Positions 46,669-55,174 of a DNA stretch of 64,000 nucleotides are shown in pieces. Position 1 is the first letter of the stretch. Each line of letters starts with the position of its first letter. The DNA comes from Pirellulales bacterium (GTDB lineage: Bacteria > Planctomycetota > Planctomycetia > Pirellulales > JALHPA01): positions 4,803-68,802 of the forward strand of contig JANRLT010000053.1 of NCBI GenBank assembly GCA_033762255.1, written 5' to 3'. The notes beneath the pieces are model-generated. The model made no database searches, was not told the origin of the DNA, and saw nothing but the letters and a program-made list of their open reading frames with translations. Made by a program: the position numbers and the translations under genes.

Positions 46669-46910
46669 AGGAGTAGGCTAACAAGGGCGCTGCAGCGATC
46701 CGCCACCCCGCTGCGCAGGCGGGCGGTTAAGATAATTTGGCCGTGCGTGTTGCAGCCGACCGGGCGTTTCCAGCGGCGGTCACTGAGCTTGGGCGTTGAT
46801 TGTGAGTACCTACCTTATTGAGTGTGAAAACCTACATGAAAAAAATGAGATAAATTTTGCCGTCGCATTTTGCTTTCGATCTATTACTTGCTGAATTAGA
46901 GTTCCGATTT

Positions 46911-47429
46911 ATGTCGAACACAGACTTTCAACTCCTCACCCCCGACATGGTCGCCGCCATCACGGCCTTGTTTCCGCGCTATCCCAACAAACGCGCGGTC
47001 ACGCTGCCGGCCATCCATATCGTCAACGACCAGCTCCGCTACGTCCCCCCCCGCGCCGTGGTCGAGATCGCCCAGGTGCTGGAACTCGCCCCCGCCGAAG
47101 TCCAGGACACCCTCTCCTTTTACGGCATCTTCAAGCAGGACCAGCCCCACGGACTGACCCGCGCGTGGGTGTGTCGCTCGGTCAGTTGCATGCTGCGCGG
47201 CGGCTACGACATCCTCGACCATTTGTGCCACCGCGCGGGCGTTCACCCCGGAGAATGCACACCCGATGGCAAACTGACCGTCGAATTCTCCGAATGCCTG
47301 GGCGCTTGTGAATACGCTCCCTGCATGCTTGCTAACCAAGACTTGCACAAGGATGTCACCCCCGAAAAAATCGACAGCTTTTTGGACCAACTTGGTGTTG
47401 CCGCCCAGCCGCCAGCCGCACACGCCTAA
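46911..47429 (+). CDS. nuoE: NADH-quinone oxidoreductase subunit E
   Basis: LPAIHIVNDQLRYVP and the CRSVSC...C...ECLGACEYAPCM 2Fe-2S cysteines. ATG 46911 (MSNTDF) is preferred over the track TTG at 46857. Confidence 0.9.
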   Translation: MSNTDFQLLTPDMVAAITALFPRYPNKRAVTLPAIHIVNDQLRYVPPRAVVEIAQVLELAPAEVQDTLSFYGIFKQDQPHGLTRAWVCRSVSCMLRGGYDILDHLCHRAGVHPGECTPDGKLTVEFSECLGACEYAPCMLANQDLHKDVTPEKIDSFLDQLGVAAQPPAAHA

Positions 47430-47475
47430 GTTCACGTACAACTAATGCCATTCCATACCATTATTAATCCGTCTT

Positions 47476-48825
47476 ATGCCAAAATTTGAACCAGTTCTCA
47501 TGGCCAATATGGGCCTACCCGATAGCCACACGCTGGCGGTGTATGAGTCCCGCGGCGGGTACGGGGCCTTGCGCAAGGCCATCCAGGAATTATCTCCTGA
47601 ACAAGTGGTGGAAACCGTCAAAGCCAGCGGCCTGCGCGGGCGGGGCGGAGCGGGATTTCCCACCGGACTTAAATGGACCTTTTTGCCCAAGAATCACCCC
47701 GGGCCGATCTATTTATTGATCAATGCCGATGAAAGCGAGCCGGGGACGTTTAATAATCGGTATTTGATGGAACTTGACCCGCATCAGGTGATCGAGGGAA
47801 CAATCCTCAGTTGCTACGCGACAAAGGCCACAACCGCCTACATTTACTTGCGGTACGAGTATCCGCTTTGTTGGCAGCGGCTGCAAAGCGCGCTGGATGA
47901 ATGCTACGCCAAGGGGTATCTGGGCAAGAACATCCTGGGGAGCGAATTCTCGCTGGATATTTATTTGCACAAGGGGGCGGGTGCCTACATCTGTGGCGAG
48001 GAGACGGGGTTGATTGAATCGCTCGAGGGAAAACGGGCGTGGCCACGAATCAAGCCCCCATTTCCCGCGATCGAGGGGGTCTTTCGCAAACCGACGGTCG
48101 TTAATAATGTCGAAACCGTCGCTTGCGTTACACACATTATCAATCGCGGGGTGGACTGGTTTAAATCGATCGGTGTGCCCGCCAATCCTAATGTTAAAAA
48201 CGACGCCGGCAGCTATGGACCAAAGCTGTATTGCCTGAGCGGACATATTAATAAACCCGGCTGTTACGAAGCCCCGCTGGGAATCACCTGCCGCGAACTG
48301 ATTGACGAATATGGCGGCGGCATCTGGAAAGGACGCAAGGGCAAGGCCGCCATTCCCGGCGGAATCAGTATGGGCATCCTCAGCGAGCCGGAATTTGACA
48401 CCCCGCTCGACTTTGGCTCCTTGGGTAAGGTGGGCTGCCTGGGCCTGGGGACCGCCGCTGTGGTCGTCATGGATGAAACCACGTCGATGGTGGACTTTTT
48501 GCACAATAGCTGCCAGTTTTTTAAACACGAAAGTTGCGGCCAATGCACTCCCTGTCGCGAGGGGACCGCCTGGGGGATGGGCATGCTGTCGCGGATCAAA
48601 GCGGGCCAGGGACGACTGCGGGATTTGGATTTGCTACTGGAAATTGGCGACACCATTGGCATCACACACGGAACAACGATTTGCGGATTGTCGGACGGGG
48701 CGGCCTGGCCGATTAAAAACGCGATTCGCAAATTCAAAGGAGAGTTCGAGGATTACATCAAACGCACCAACCCCCGTGGTTACGCCGAGACCCAGCCCGT
48801 GCCAGCCCTCGCGCTGGCGCATTAG
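47476..48825 (+). CDS. nuoF: NADH-quinone oxidoreductase subunit F
   Basis: GLRGRGGAGFPTGLKW, YLLINADESEPGTF, GAGAYICGEETGLIESLEG and ESCGQCTPCREG. Confidence 0.95.
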   Translation: MPKFEPVLMANMGLPDSHTLAVYESRGGYGALRKAIQELSPEQVVETVKASGLRGRGGAGFPTGLKWTFLPKNHPGPIYLLINADESEPGTFNNRYLMELDPHQVIEGTILSCYATKATTAYIYLRYEYPLCWQRLQSALDECYAKGYLGKNILGSEFSLDIYLHKGAGAYICGEETGLIESLEGKRAWPRIKPPFPAIEGVFRKPTVVNNVETVACVTHIINRGVDWFKSIGVPANPNVKNDAGSYGPKLYCLSGHINKPGCYEAPLGITCRELIDEYGGGIWKGRKGKAAIPGGISMGILSEPEFDTPLDFGSLGKVGCLGLGTAAVVVMDETTSMVDFLHNSCQFFKHESCGQCTPCREGTAWGMGMLSRIKAGQGRLRDLDLLLEIGDTIGITHGTTICGLSDGAAWPIKNAIRKFKGEFEDYIKRTNPRGYAETQPVPALALAH

Positions 48826-48860
48826 TAAGTTAAAGATTAATTATTTGTTAGGGATGATTC

Positions 48861-49529
48861 ATGTCTGTCACATTGACAAATCGATTGAACTTGGCCACCA
48901 CCGACACAATATTACGTGAGTTAACCACCATGACACGTGATATTGTATCTGGCGGTGATCCTACCCTGACCGCATTTCGTGAGCAAGCGGAGGTGTTGGG
49001 CGCGAATCCGGTCATCGTGGGCGGAGTGGCCGTGATTCATCATGGCTACCGGCGCACAACAGAAGACAGGGATGTTTTGTTGCTTCATCGAGAGGCAGAG
49101 GCCTTGGCTAATCACCTGATGGATGCACCTAATTGGGAAAGAGTGGAAATACGGCAATACGCATTTCTTTATCATCCCACGGGAATTCATGTGGATTTTT
49201 TAGTTTCCGGACACTTGATGCAGCTAGGCCGTCCCTATTTTTTTCCTGGTACGCATCAAATCGATGTTTCCGGTGAGGTTGCGGGGATTCCGGTGATTGG
49301 ATTACAGGATTTGATTTGGCTCAAGCTGGTGGCGGGTAGAATGCAAGATTTGGCTGATATTATGGAACTTTGCAAACGTCATTTACCCAACATCGACATA
49401 GCACGTATCCTGCAGTACTTGCAAAAGGAAGACGATGATTTACGTGAGAAATTGCTTGATATTATCAATCGAGTGCCGATAGAACTGGCGGGGGAAAAAC
49501 GTCTGGGACAAGATCATCCCGAAAGCTGA
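48861..49529 (+). CDS. Minimal nucleotidyltransferase-fold protein (DUF2204/AbiEii-like) inserted between nuoF and nuoG
   Basis: VIVGGVAVIHHGYRRTTEDRDVLL contains G[GS]...DxD, the NTase core. LIWLKLVAGRMQDLADIMEL is the GR.xD..D motif seen in this group. The gene is AT-richer than the flanking nuo genes. Confidence 0.55.
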   Translation: MSVTLTNRLNLATTDTILRELTTMTRDIVSGGDPTLTAFREQAEVLGANPVIVGGVAVIHHGYRRTTEDRDVLLLHREAEALANHLMDAPNWERVEIRQYAFLYHPTGIHVDFLVSGHLMQLGRPYFFPGTHQIDVSGEVAGIPVIGLQDLIWLKLVAGRMQDLADIMELCKRHLPNIDIARILQYLQKEDDDLREKLLDIINRVPIELAGEKRLGQDHPES

Positions 49530-49593
49530 TGTATCTCCAGTTCTTACCATCGCCTAATTTGCTTCTTACTTCACCAATACTCAACAGCTATTT

Positions 49594-51249
49594 ATGGGTA
49601 CGATCCTCATCGACAATATCGAAGTTCCCGTCGCCGACCATGAGCGGCTGAATGGCATTCAGGCCGCCGCCCGCGCGGGGGTGGAGATACCGCATTATTG
49701 CTGGCATCCCGGCCTGTCCGTGGTGGCTAGTTGCCGCATGTGCCTGGTCGAGACCGGCGCAAAGGACCCCGCCACCGGCAAGATCACCATGCTGCCGCGC
49801 GTCGTCCCCGCCTGCCAAACACCGGCCAAGGATGGCACGGTCTTTATCACCAATAGCGACAAGGTGAAGCAGTACCGCGCTATGGTCGAAGAAGACCTGC
49901 TCATCGACCATCCCATCGACTGCCCCATTTGCGACAAGGCCGGCGAGTGCCTGCTGCAAGATTATTATTTTGCGCATGGCCAGCCCGAACGTCGTGCGGA
50001 CCTCCGCCCCTTTACCAGCCGCCGCAAGGAAATGGGGGACACGGTGACCCTGTTTATCGACCGTTGCGTCATGTGCACGCGGTGCGTGCGCTTTACCCGC
50101 GAAGTCAGCGGCACCAGCGAACTGATGGTTATCAACCGCGGCAGCCACGAGGAAATCGACGTCTTTGACGGTTTCCCCTTGGATAACAAATTGTCGGGAA
50201 ATGTGGTCGACCTGTGCCCCGTTGGGGCCTTGGGTGACCGGGACTTTTTGTACAAGCAGCGCGTCTGGTTCATGAAAAAGCACAACGGCGTCTGCGCTAC
50301 CTGCGCCACCGGCTGTTCCATTACTATCGAGGAAAACCAGGATTCCGTCTTTCGGCTAAAGCCGCGCGAAAATCTGGAAATCAATAAATGGTGGATGTGC
50401 GACGAGGGTCGTTACAATTATGGTTACATCCACCAACCGGACCGCTTGAATGGACCGAAACGCCGCAAGGAAAAAGGGTACAACGCCCAGGATCTATTAA
50501 ATATCGAATGGTCCGACGTGCCGCGCATGGTCACCGCCGACATCCGGGCGGAGTTAGCCGGCGGAGGACGCCTGGCAATGGTCATTTCCCCCTTTCAAAC
50601 AGTGGAAGAAGCCTACCTGCTGTGCCAACTGGCCCGGTCCTTCGATCCGCAGGCCATCTTGGCCCTGGGCCCGGTTCCGGTTGTCGGCCAGGATGAAACT
50701 TTCCCCGGCGGGTTCACCATCCGGGCCGAAAAATGCCCCAATCGCCGCGGGGTAGAGGCGGTCCTGGCCCATTACGGCCCCATTTTGCCCTGGAACGACT
50801 TTTTGACCAAAATTCGCGGCGCCGCCAACGGCGAATCCTTGCGGGTGCTCTGGGTGGCTGGCGGATACCAACACCCGTGGATTGATGCCACGACGGCAGG
50901 GGCCTTTGCCCAGACTCCTTTGGTGATCACGCAGGATTTATTTGAATCTCCGCTGTCGGCCTATACGACTTACCAGCTTCCCGGCGGCGGTTATGCCGAA
51001 CGGGCGGGTTCCTACGTCAATTACAACCAGCGCTTGCAGTCCTTTTCCTGGGCGGTGCGCCCGCCAGCGGGCTGCAAGGTCGAAGGGCACGTCGCCTGGA
51101 GCCTGTTGGGTCGACAGGGGCTGTACAATGCGGGGGCCATTTTGCAAGAATTAGCGGCGGAGATTCCCGCGTTTAGCGCGGTGACGGGCCTGAACCCCAT
51201 TCCGCCGCAGGGGGTTGATTTACGAGTCAACCAATTGGCCGCGGTATAA
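49594..51249 (+). CDS. nuoG: NADH-quinone oxidoreductase subunit G (short form)
   Basis: N-terminal 2Fe-2S/4Fe-4S cysteines (CWHPGLSVVASCRMCLVE; HPIDCPICDKAGECLLQD; CVMCTRCVRF; CPVGAL) and a molybdopterin-like domain (CATCATGCS). Confidence 0.9.
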   Translation: MGTILIDNIEVPVADHERLNGIQAAARAGVEIPHYCWHPGLSVVASCRMCLVETGAKDPATGKITMLPRVVPACQTPAKDGTVFITNSDKVKQYRAMVEEDLLIDHPIDCPICDKAGECLLQDYYFAHGQPERRADLRPFTSRRKEMGDTVTLFIDRCVMCTRCVRFTREVSGTSELMVINRGSHEEIDVFDGFPLDNKLSGNVVDLCPVGALGDRDFLYKQRVWFMKKHNGVCATCATGCSITIEENQDSVFRLKPRENLEINKWWMCDEGRYNYGYIHQPDRLNGPKRRKEKGYNAQDLLNIEWSDVPRMVTADIRAELAGGGRLAMVISPFQTVEEAYLLCQLARSFDPQAILALGPVPVVGQDETFPGGFTIRAEKCPNRRGVEAVLAHYGPILPWNDFLTKIRGAANGESLRVLWVAGGYQHPWIDATTAGAFAQTPLVITQDLFESPLSAYTTYQLPGGGYAERAGSYVNYNQRLQSFSWAVRPPAGCKVEGHVAWSLLGRQGLYNAGAILQELAAEIPAFSAVTGLNPIPPQGVDLRVNQLAAV

Positions 51250-51319
51250 AAATTTGACAAACTAACCGCTGTTGCCGTATACCCGCACAACTATTACAGA
51301 GTATTGACGCATTTTTACC

Positions 51320-51487
51320 ATGAGTACCGACCTACCCAACACCCCCCGGATCGATAAGGAGCACATTGTGATGACTCCCGGTGTGTGCGGGGGGAAACCG
51401 CGCATCGCGGGGACGCGGATCAAGGTGCAATATGTACGTCAAAAGAACATTGGCTTGTCGGCACCTAACATGGAAAAAAAGATATGA
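51320..51487 (+). pseudogene. Truncated DUF433-family (antitoxin-like) gene between nuoG and nuoH
   Basis: 55-aa ORF not in the track: MSTDLPNTPRIDKEHIVMTPGVCGGKPRIAGTRIKVQYVRQKNIGLSAPNMEKKI. GVCGGKPRIAGTRI is the DUF433 signature. Normal members run about 20-25 aa longer past this point. Confidence 0.6.
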
Positions 51488-51498
51488 ATGACGCGATA

Positions 51499-51550
51499 TC
51501 ATCACACGGAGTGTGATGACCACATTGTTTTCCTCTCACTCCGTGAGAGG
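51499..51550. repeat. Double-hairpin element, copy inside the nuo operon (nuoG-nuoH spacer)
   Basis: TCATCACACGGAGTGTGATGA (51499-519), a 12-nt gap, then CCTCTCACTCCGTGAGAGG (51532-50). Architecture and spacing match 38108-38159. Confidence 0.85.
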
Positions 51551-51596
51551 ATTATCAAGACTTTTCCCCGCCTCCTTTCCTCCGACACTGTTTCCC

Positions 51597-52835
51597 ATGT
51601 CACCCGACCTCATCGCCGCTCTCGTAAAAATCGCCCTGTTGATCGGGGGGTTGATGACGGCCGCCGCGTACCTGGTCCTCTTGGAACGTTGGATCGCCGC
51701 CTGGGTGCAAGACCGCAAAGGCCCCAACCGCGTGGGTATTCCCCTGACCGATATAAAACTCTTTGGTCTGGGACAGCCCTTGGCCGATGGCCTCAAATTC
51801 ATTTTCAAAGAGGAATACACCCCCGCCCATGTCGATAAGGCCCTCTTTGTCCTGGCTCCGCTGGTGATCCTAGCCGCAGCCTTGGCCATCTTTGCCGTGA
51901 TCCCTTTTGGCAGCGTCGTGCCCGACTTTGACATCTGGGGGTATAAATTTACCGGCGACGCGGTCAATCTGGTTGTCGCCCCCGGCGTCGATGTGGGCCT
52001 GATCTATGTCTTTGCCCTTTCCAGCATCGCCGTGTATGGCGTCATCCTGGGGGGTTGGTCCAGCAATAACAAATACAGCTTTATCGGCGGGTTGCGCAGC
52101 AGCGCCCAGTTGATCGCCTATGAAATTCCCATGGGCCTGGGGATCCTAGGGATTGTCCTCTCCACCGGGTCGCTGCGGTTGGACGCGATTATTGGCAGCC
52201 AGGCGCAAAGCGGCTGGTGGAACGCCATGACGCAGCCCCTGGGCCTCTTGGTATTTACGGTCGCCGCCTTTGCCGAGGCGGCGCGGCTGCCGTTTGACCT
52301 GCCGGAGGCTGAACAAGAACTCATCGGCGGCTACCACACCGAATACGCCGGCATGAAGTTGATTTTGTTCCTCATCGCCGAATTTTTGCACATGATCACG
52401 GCGGCGCTGCTGATTGTGATCTTGTTTTTTGGCGGATGGCATTTTTGGGGGCTGACCGGGGCGGACGACCAGGTGACCTGGTTGGGCGCGCTGTTGCGGA
52501 TCTTTGTCCTGGTGACAAAGTTTATGCTGGTGGTGCTGTTTTTTATGCTCGTCCGCTGGAGCTGGCCCCGCTTTCGCTTTGATCAACTAATGTCCCTGGC
52601 CTGGAAAGTCATGCTGCCGCTGGGCCTGTTAAATTTGGCCACAATGGCCATATTGGTCGAGCTAGAGGCCAATGGCACATTACCCGTTGGGAGTCAGGGA
52701 ACATTTGCCCTGGTCGGCTGGGGGGTCATGCTGGTCGGCTGGATTGGTTCGGCCCTGGTTGCTCCCTTGCAAACCGATAATCGTCCCCGCCCCGGAGCAG
52801 GCGGCTTGTTGGAACCAGAAAGACTCCTGGCCTAA
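51597..52835 (+). CDS. nuoH: NADH-quinone oxidoreductase subunit H
   Basis: LLERWIAAWVQDRKGPNRVG, GWSSNNKYSFIGGLRSSAQLIAYE and LPFDLPEAEQELIGGYHTEYAG. The track start at 51513 lies inside a repeat, so ATG 51597 is preferred. Confidence 0.93.
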   Translation: MSPDLIAALVKIALLIGGLMTAAAYLVLLERWIAAWVQDRKGPNRVGIPLTDIKLFGLGQPLADGLKFIFKEEYTPAHVDKALFVLAPLVILAAALAIFAVIPFGSVVPDFDIWGYKFTGDAVNLVVAPGVDVGLIYVFALSSIAVYGVILGGWSSNNKYSFIGGLRSSAQLIAYEIPMGLGILGIVLSTGSLRLDAIIGSQAQSGWWNAMTQPLGLLVFTVAAFAEAARLPFDLPEAEQELIGGYHTEYAGMKLILFLIAEFLHMITAALLIVILFFGGWHFWGLTGADDQVTWLGALLRIFVLVTKFMLVVLFFMLVRWSWPRFRFDQLMSLAWKVMLPLGLLNLATMAILVELEANGTLPVGSQGTFALVGWGVMLVGWIGSALVAPLQTDNRPRPGAGGLLEPERLLA

Positions 52836-52841
52836 TCCTCC

Positions 52842-52876
52842 CCACTATCCACTATCCACTACCCACTATCCACCCC
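52842..52876. repeat. Heptamer microsatellite CCACTAT/CCACTAC x4 plus CCACCCC in the nuoH-nuoI spacer
   Basis: CCACTATCCACTATCCACTACCCACTATCCACCCC ends 6 nt before the nuoI ATG. Confidence 0.9.
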
Positions 52877-52882
52877 ACTCCC

Positions 52883-53422
52883 ATGCAAGCCACCGATCCC
52901 GATATTTATTGGATAACCGAGCCACAGTTGGGCCTGGCTGGCAACATGTATCTGCCGCTGTTTATGCAGGGCCTGACAACCACGGTCAAGCATTTGTTCA
53001 GCCCCAAGGTGACCGTCAGCTTTCCGGAGGAACGCCCACAAATTGGCAATCCGCTGATTTATCGGGGGGTGCATCGTCTCAATAAGGACGAGGCGGGACG
53101 GGTCAAATGCGTGGCCTGCTTTTTGTGCGCGACCGCCTGTCCGGCGCACTGTATCGACATTGTCGCCGCTCCCAGCCCCTGGCCCGACCGCGAGAAATAC
53201 CCTGAATCATTCACCATCGACGAGCTTCGCTGCATTTTTTGCGGCATGTGCGAAGAAGCCTGCCCCGTGGACGCGGTCGAGCTGACCAGCTTGTTGGACC
53301 TGACGGGTCGCAGCCGCGAGGAAATGATTTTTGACAAGGAAAAACTGCTTAGCGTGTATGACATGACCCAGGCGGCCGAGCCGATGAAATCGCTGGAATT
53401 GGGGAACGCCCCCAGTAAGTAG
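52883..53422 (+). CDS. nuoI: NADH-quinone oxidoreductase subunit I
   Basis: Two 4Fe-4S ferredoxin motifs: CVACFLCATACP and CIFCGMCEEACP. Confidence 0.93.
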   Translation: MQATDPDIYWITEPQLGLAGNMYLPLFMQGLTTTVKHLFSPKVTVSFPEERPQIGNPLIYRGVHRLNKDEAGRVKCVACFLCATACPAHCIDIVAAPSPWPDREKYPESFTIDELRCIFCGMCEEACPVDAVELTSLLDLTGRSREEMIFDKEKLLSVYDMTQAAEPMKSLELGNAPSK

Positions 53423-53436
53423 CTCCCGGCGGTTGG

Positions 53437-54663
53437 ATGAACGCCGCCGCCAAATTACCGCATCGCAACTTTTTATCAAATACCCCCATGTCCCTGTCCC
53501 AATTTTATCTCGGTTTGGCCGCCATGATCTTTGCCGCGGGGGGCATGTGGCTGCTGTTGCCGCGCGGTCGCAAGGGAGGCCGCTGGTTGGGGGGGCTGCT
53601 GGCCGCAGTCGCGCTGGTTTGCTTTGGCTTGTTGGGTCAGTCCCTGGGGAGTGTTTCCACCGACGTGGTGTATTTTACCACCGCCGCGGTGGCGGTGGTG
53701 GCGGCGGTTCTGGCGGTCAGCTTTCGCAGTCCCATTTACTGCGCCATTTGGTTCGCGCTGTCGCTGCTGGCCACGGCGGGACTCTTTATGCTGCAGGGGG
53801 CGCAGTTTTTGGCCGTGGCCAGTGTCGTGGTCTACGCCGGGGCGATCCTGGTGACGTTTTTGTTTGTGTTGATGTTGGCCCAACCCGAGGGGCACGCTTA
53901 TTACGACCGTGTCAGTTGGGAGGGCTTTTTCGCGGCGCTTACCGGGGCCGTACTGGTTGGCACATTAACCGTGCTCATCGTGCGGGTCTGGCATCCCCCG
54001 CGCGATGAACGGATCATGGCCGCGCTGGCGGGGGCCAATTCCCCCTTGAAACCCGACCAAATCCAACGCGCGCGGGTAATTCCGGTGGACTCCGCGACCG
54101 CCAAGATAGAGCTAGAATTGACCCCCGATACAAAAATCACCGATCCCCTGCTGGTCGAGCTGCAAAATTTATTCACCCAGAACGCCCAGCTAAAGCTAGT
54201 CGCCACCAAATTTAGCGTGACCGCCCTAACGCACACGCCCCCTCCAACTCCTCGGCATGTCAGTCCCGAGACGCCCCGCGCGGCAGATATCTTGCATCCG
54301 CAACATGTGGCTCGGCTGGGAGGTGAAATGTTTTCCCGGCATTTGATCGCGGTGGAGGTGGCGGGAACGCTGCTGTTGGTGGCCTTGGTGGGGGCGATTG
54401 CCATTTTGGCCCGCGAGCGGCGGGATTACACCGTCGCCGCGCCCCAAGACATCGTCCCGTTGGGCCAGGGACCGCGCACGCCGCCGGACACCCCCACCCC
54501 CCAATATCCCGTGACGCTGGCATCGTCGCCGACGATGCTGCCAGTGACCCCCGGCAGCGTGTCTCCAAGCAGTGCGGCGCCCGGCGCTAAGCCCGCCGGT
54601 GGCACGGTGGCCAGCTCCACCAAAACTAGCGCACCCGGCCTGGGAGGAACCCGCCATGAATGA
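53437..54663 (+). CDS. nuoJ: NADH-quinone oxidoreductase subunit J with a long internal loop and a Pro/Thr/Ser-rich C-terminal tail
   Basis: The N-terminal 170 aa look like NuoJ (SPIYCAIWFALSLLATAGLFMLQGAQFLAVASVVVYAGAILVTFLFVLML). The last TM (LIAVEVAGTLLLVALVGAIAIL) comes about 110 aa later, then a tail of about 90 aa. The start may be 53488. Confidence 0.8.
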   Translation: MNAAAKLPHRNFLSNTPMSLSQFYLGLAAMIFAAGGMWLLLPRGRKGGRWLGGLLAAVALVCFGLLGQSLGSVSTDVVYFTTAAVAVVAAVLAVSFRSPIYCAIWFALSLLATAGLFMLQGAQFLAVASVVVYAGAILVTFLFVLMLAQPEGHAYYDRVSWEGFFAALTGAVLVGTLTVLIVRVWHPPRDERIMAALAGANSPLKPDQIQRARVIPVDSATAKIELELTPDTKITDPLLVELQNLFTQNAQLKLVATKFSVTALTHTPPPTPRHVSPETPRAADILHPQHVARLGGEMFSRHLIAVEVAGTLLLVALVGAIAILARERRDYTVAAPQDIVPLGQGPRTPPDTPTPQYPVTLASSPTMLPVTPGSVSPSSAAPGAKPAGGTVASSTKTSAPGLGGTRHE

Positions 54664-55099
54664 AATCGCCTTGCTCCAAAATTCCCTGATTGTCGGGGCG
54701 TTGCTATTTTGCATTGGACTGGTCGGGTTTTTAGCCCGCCGGAACATGATCATAATGTTCATCTGCGCCGAGATGATGTTGCAGGGGGTCGCGGTCAGTT
54801 TGATTGCCTGGGGGCGCTACCACAATGATTGGGGTGGGCAAATGCTGGTGATCTTTATCCTGACGGTCGCCGCGTGCGAGGCTGGCCTGGCCCTGGCGAT
54901 AATCCTGATGTTGTTCGCCCGGACCGGGCGGCTGGACATCGCCGGTTGGAGCGAATTGCGCGAGGATTCCATTCCGGCCTACATTGACCAGGAATTGGAC
55001 GAGGATGCCACGGCCGAGGCCCGCTGGCCCAAATTGACCGTGGCGGGCGTGTTGCCCGCGCAAAATCCAGAGCAAGAAGCGCATCGGGGGCAACTGTAG
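54656..55099 (+). CDS. nuoK: NADH-quinone oxidoreductase subunit K with an acidic extension of about 45 aa
   Basis: MNEIALLQNSLIVGALLFCIGLVGFLARRNMIIMFICAEMMLQGV...FILTVAACEAGLALAIIL. The ATG overlaps the nuoJ stop (ATGAATGA). Confidence 0.9.
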   Translation: MNEIALLQNSLIVGALLFCIGLVGFLARRNMIIMFICAEMMLQGVAVSLIAWGRYHNDWGGQMLVIFILTVAACEAGLALAIILMLFARTGRLDIAGWSELREDSIPAYIDQELDEDATAEARWPKLTVAGVLPAQNPEQEAHRGQL

Positions 55100-55174
55100 C
55101 CCCGGGACACGCAGGCTCGGCCCGGTGAAAAATTTTTTCATACCCCGAATAATTCATTCCCGCCAGATCACGAT

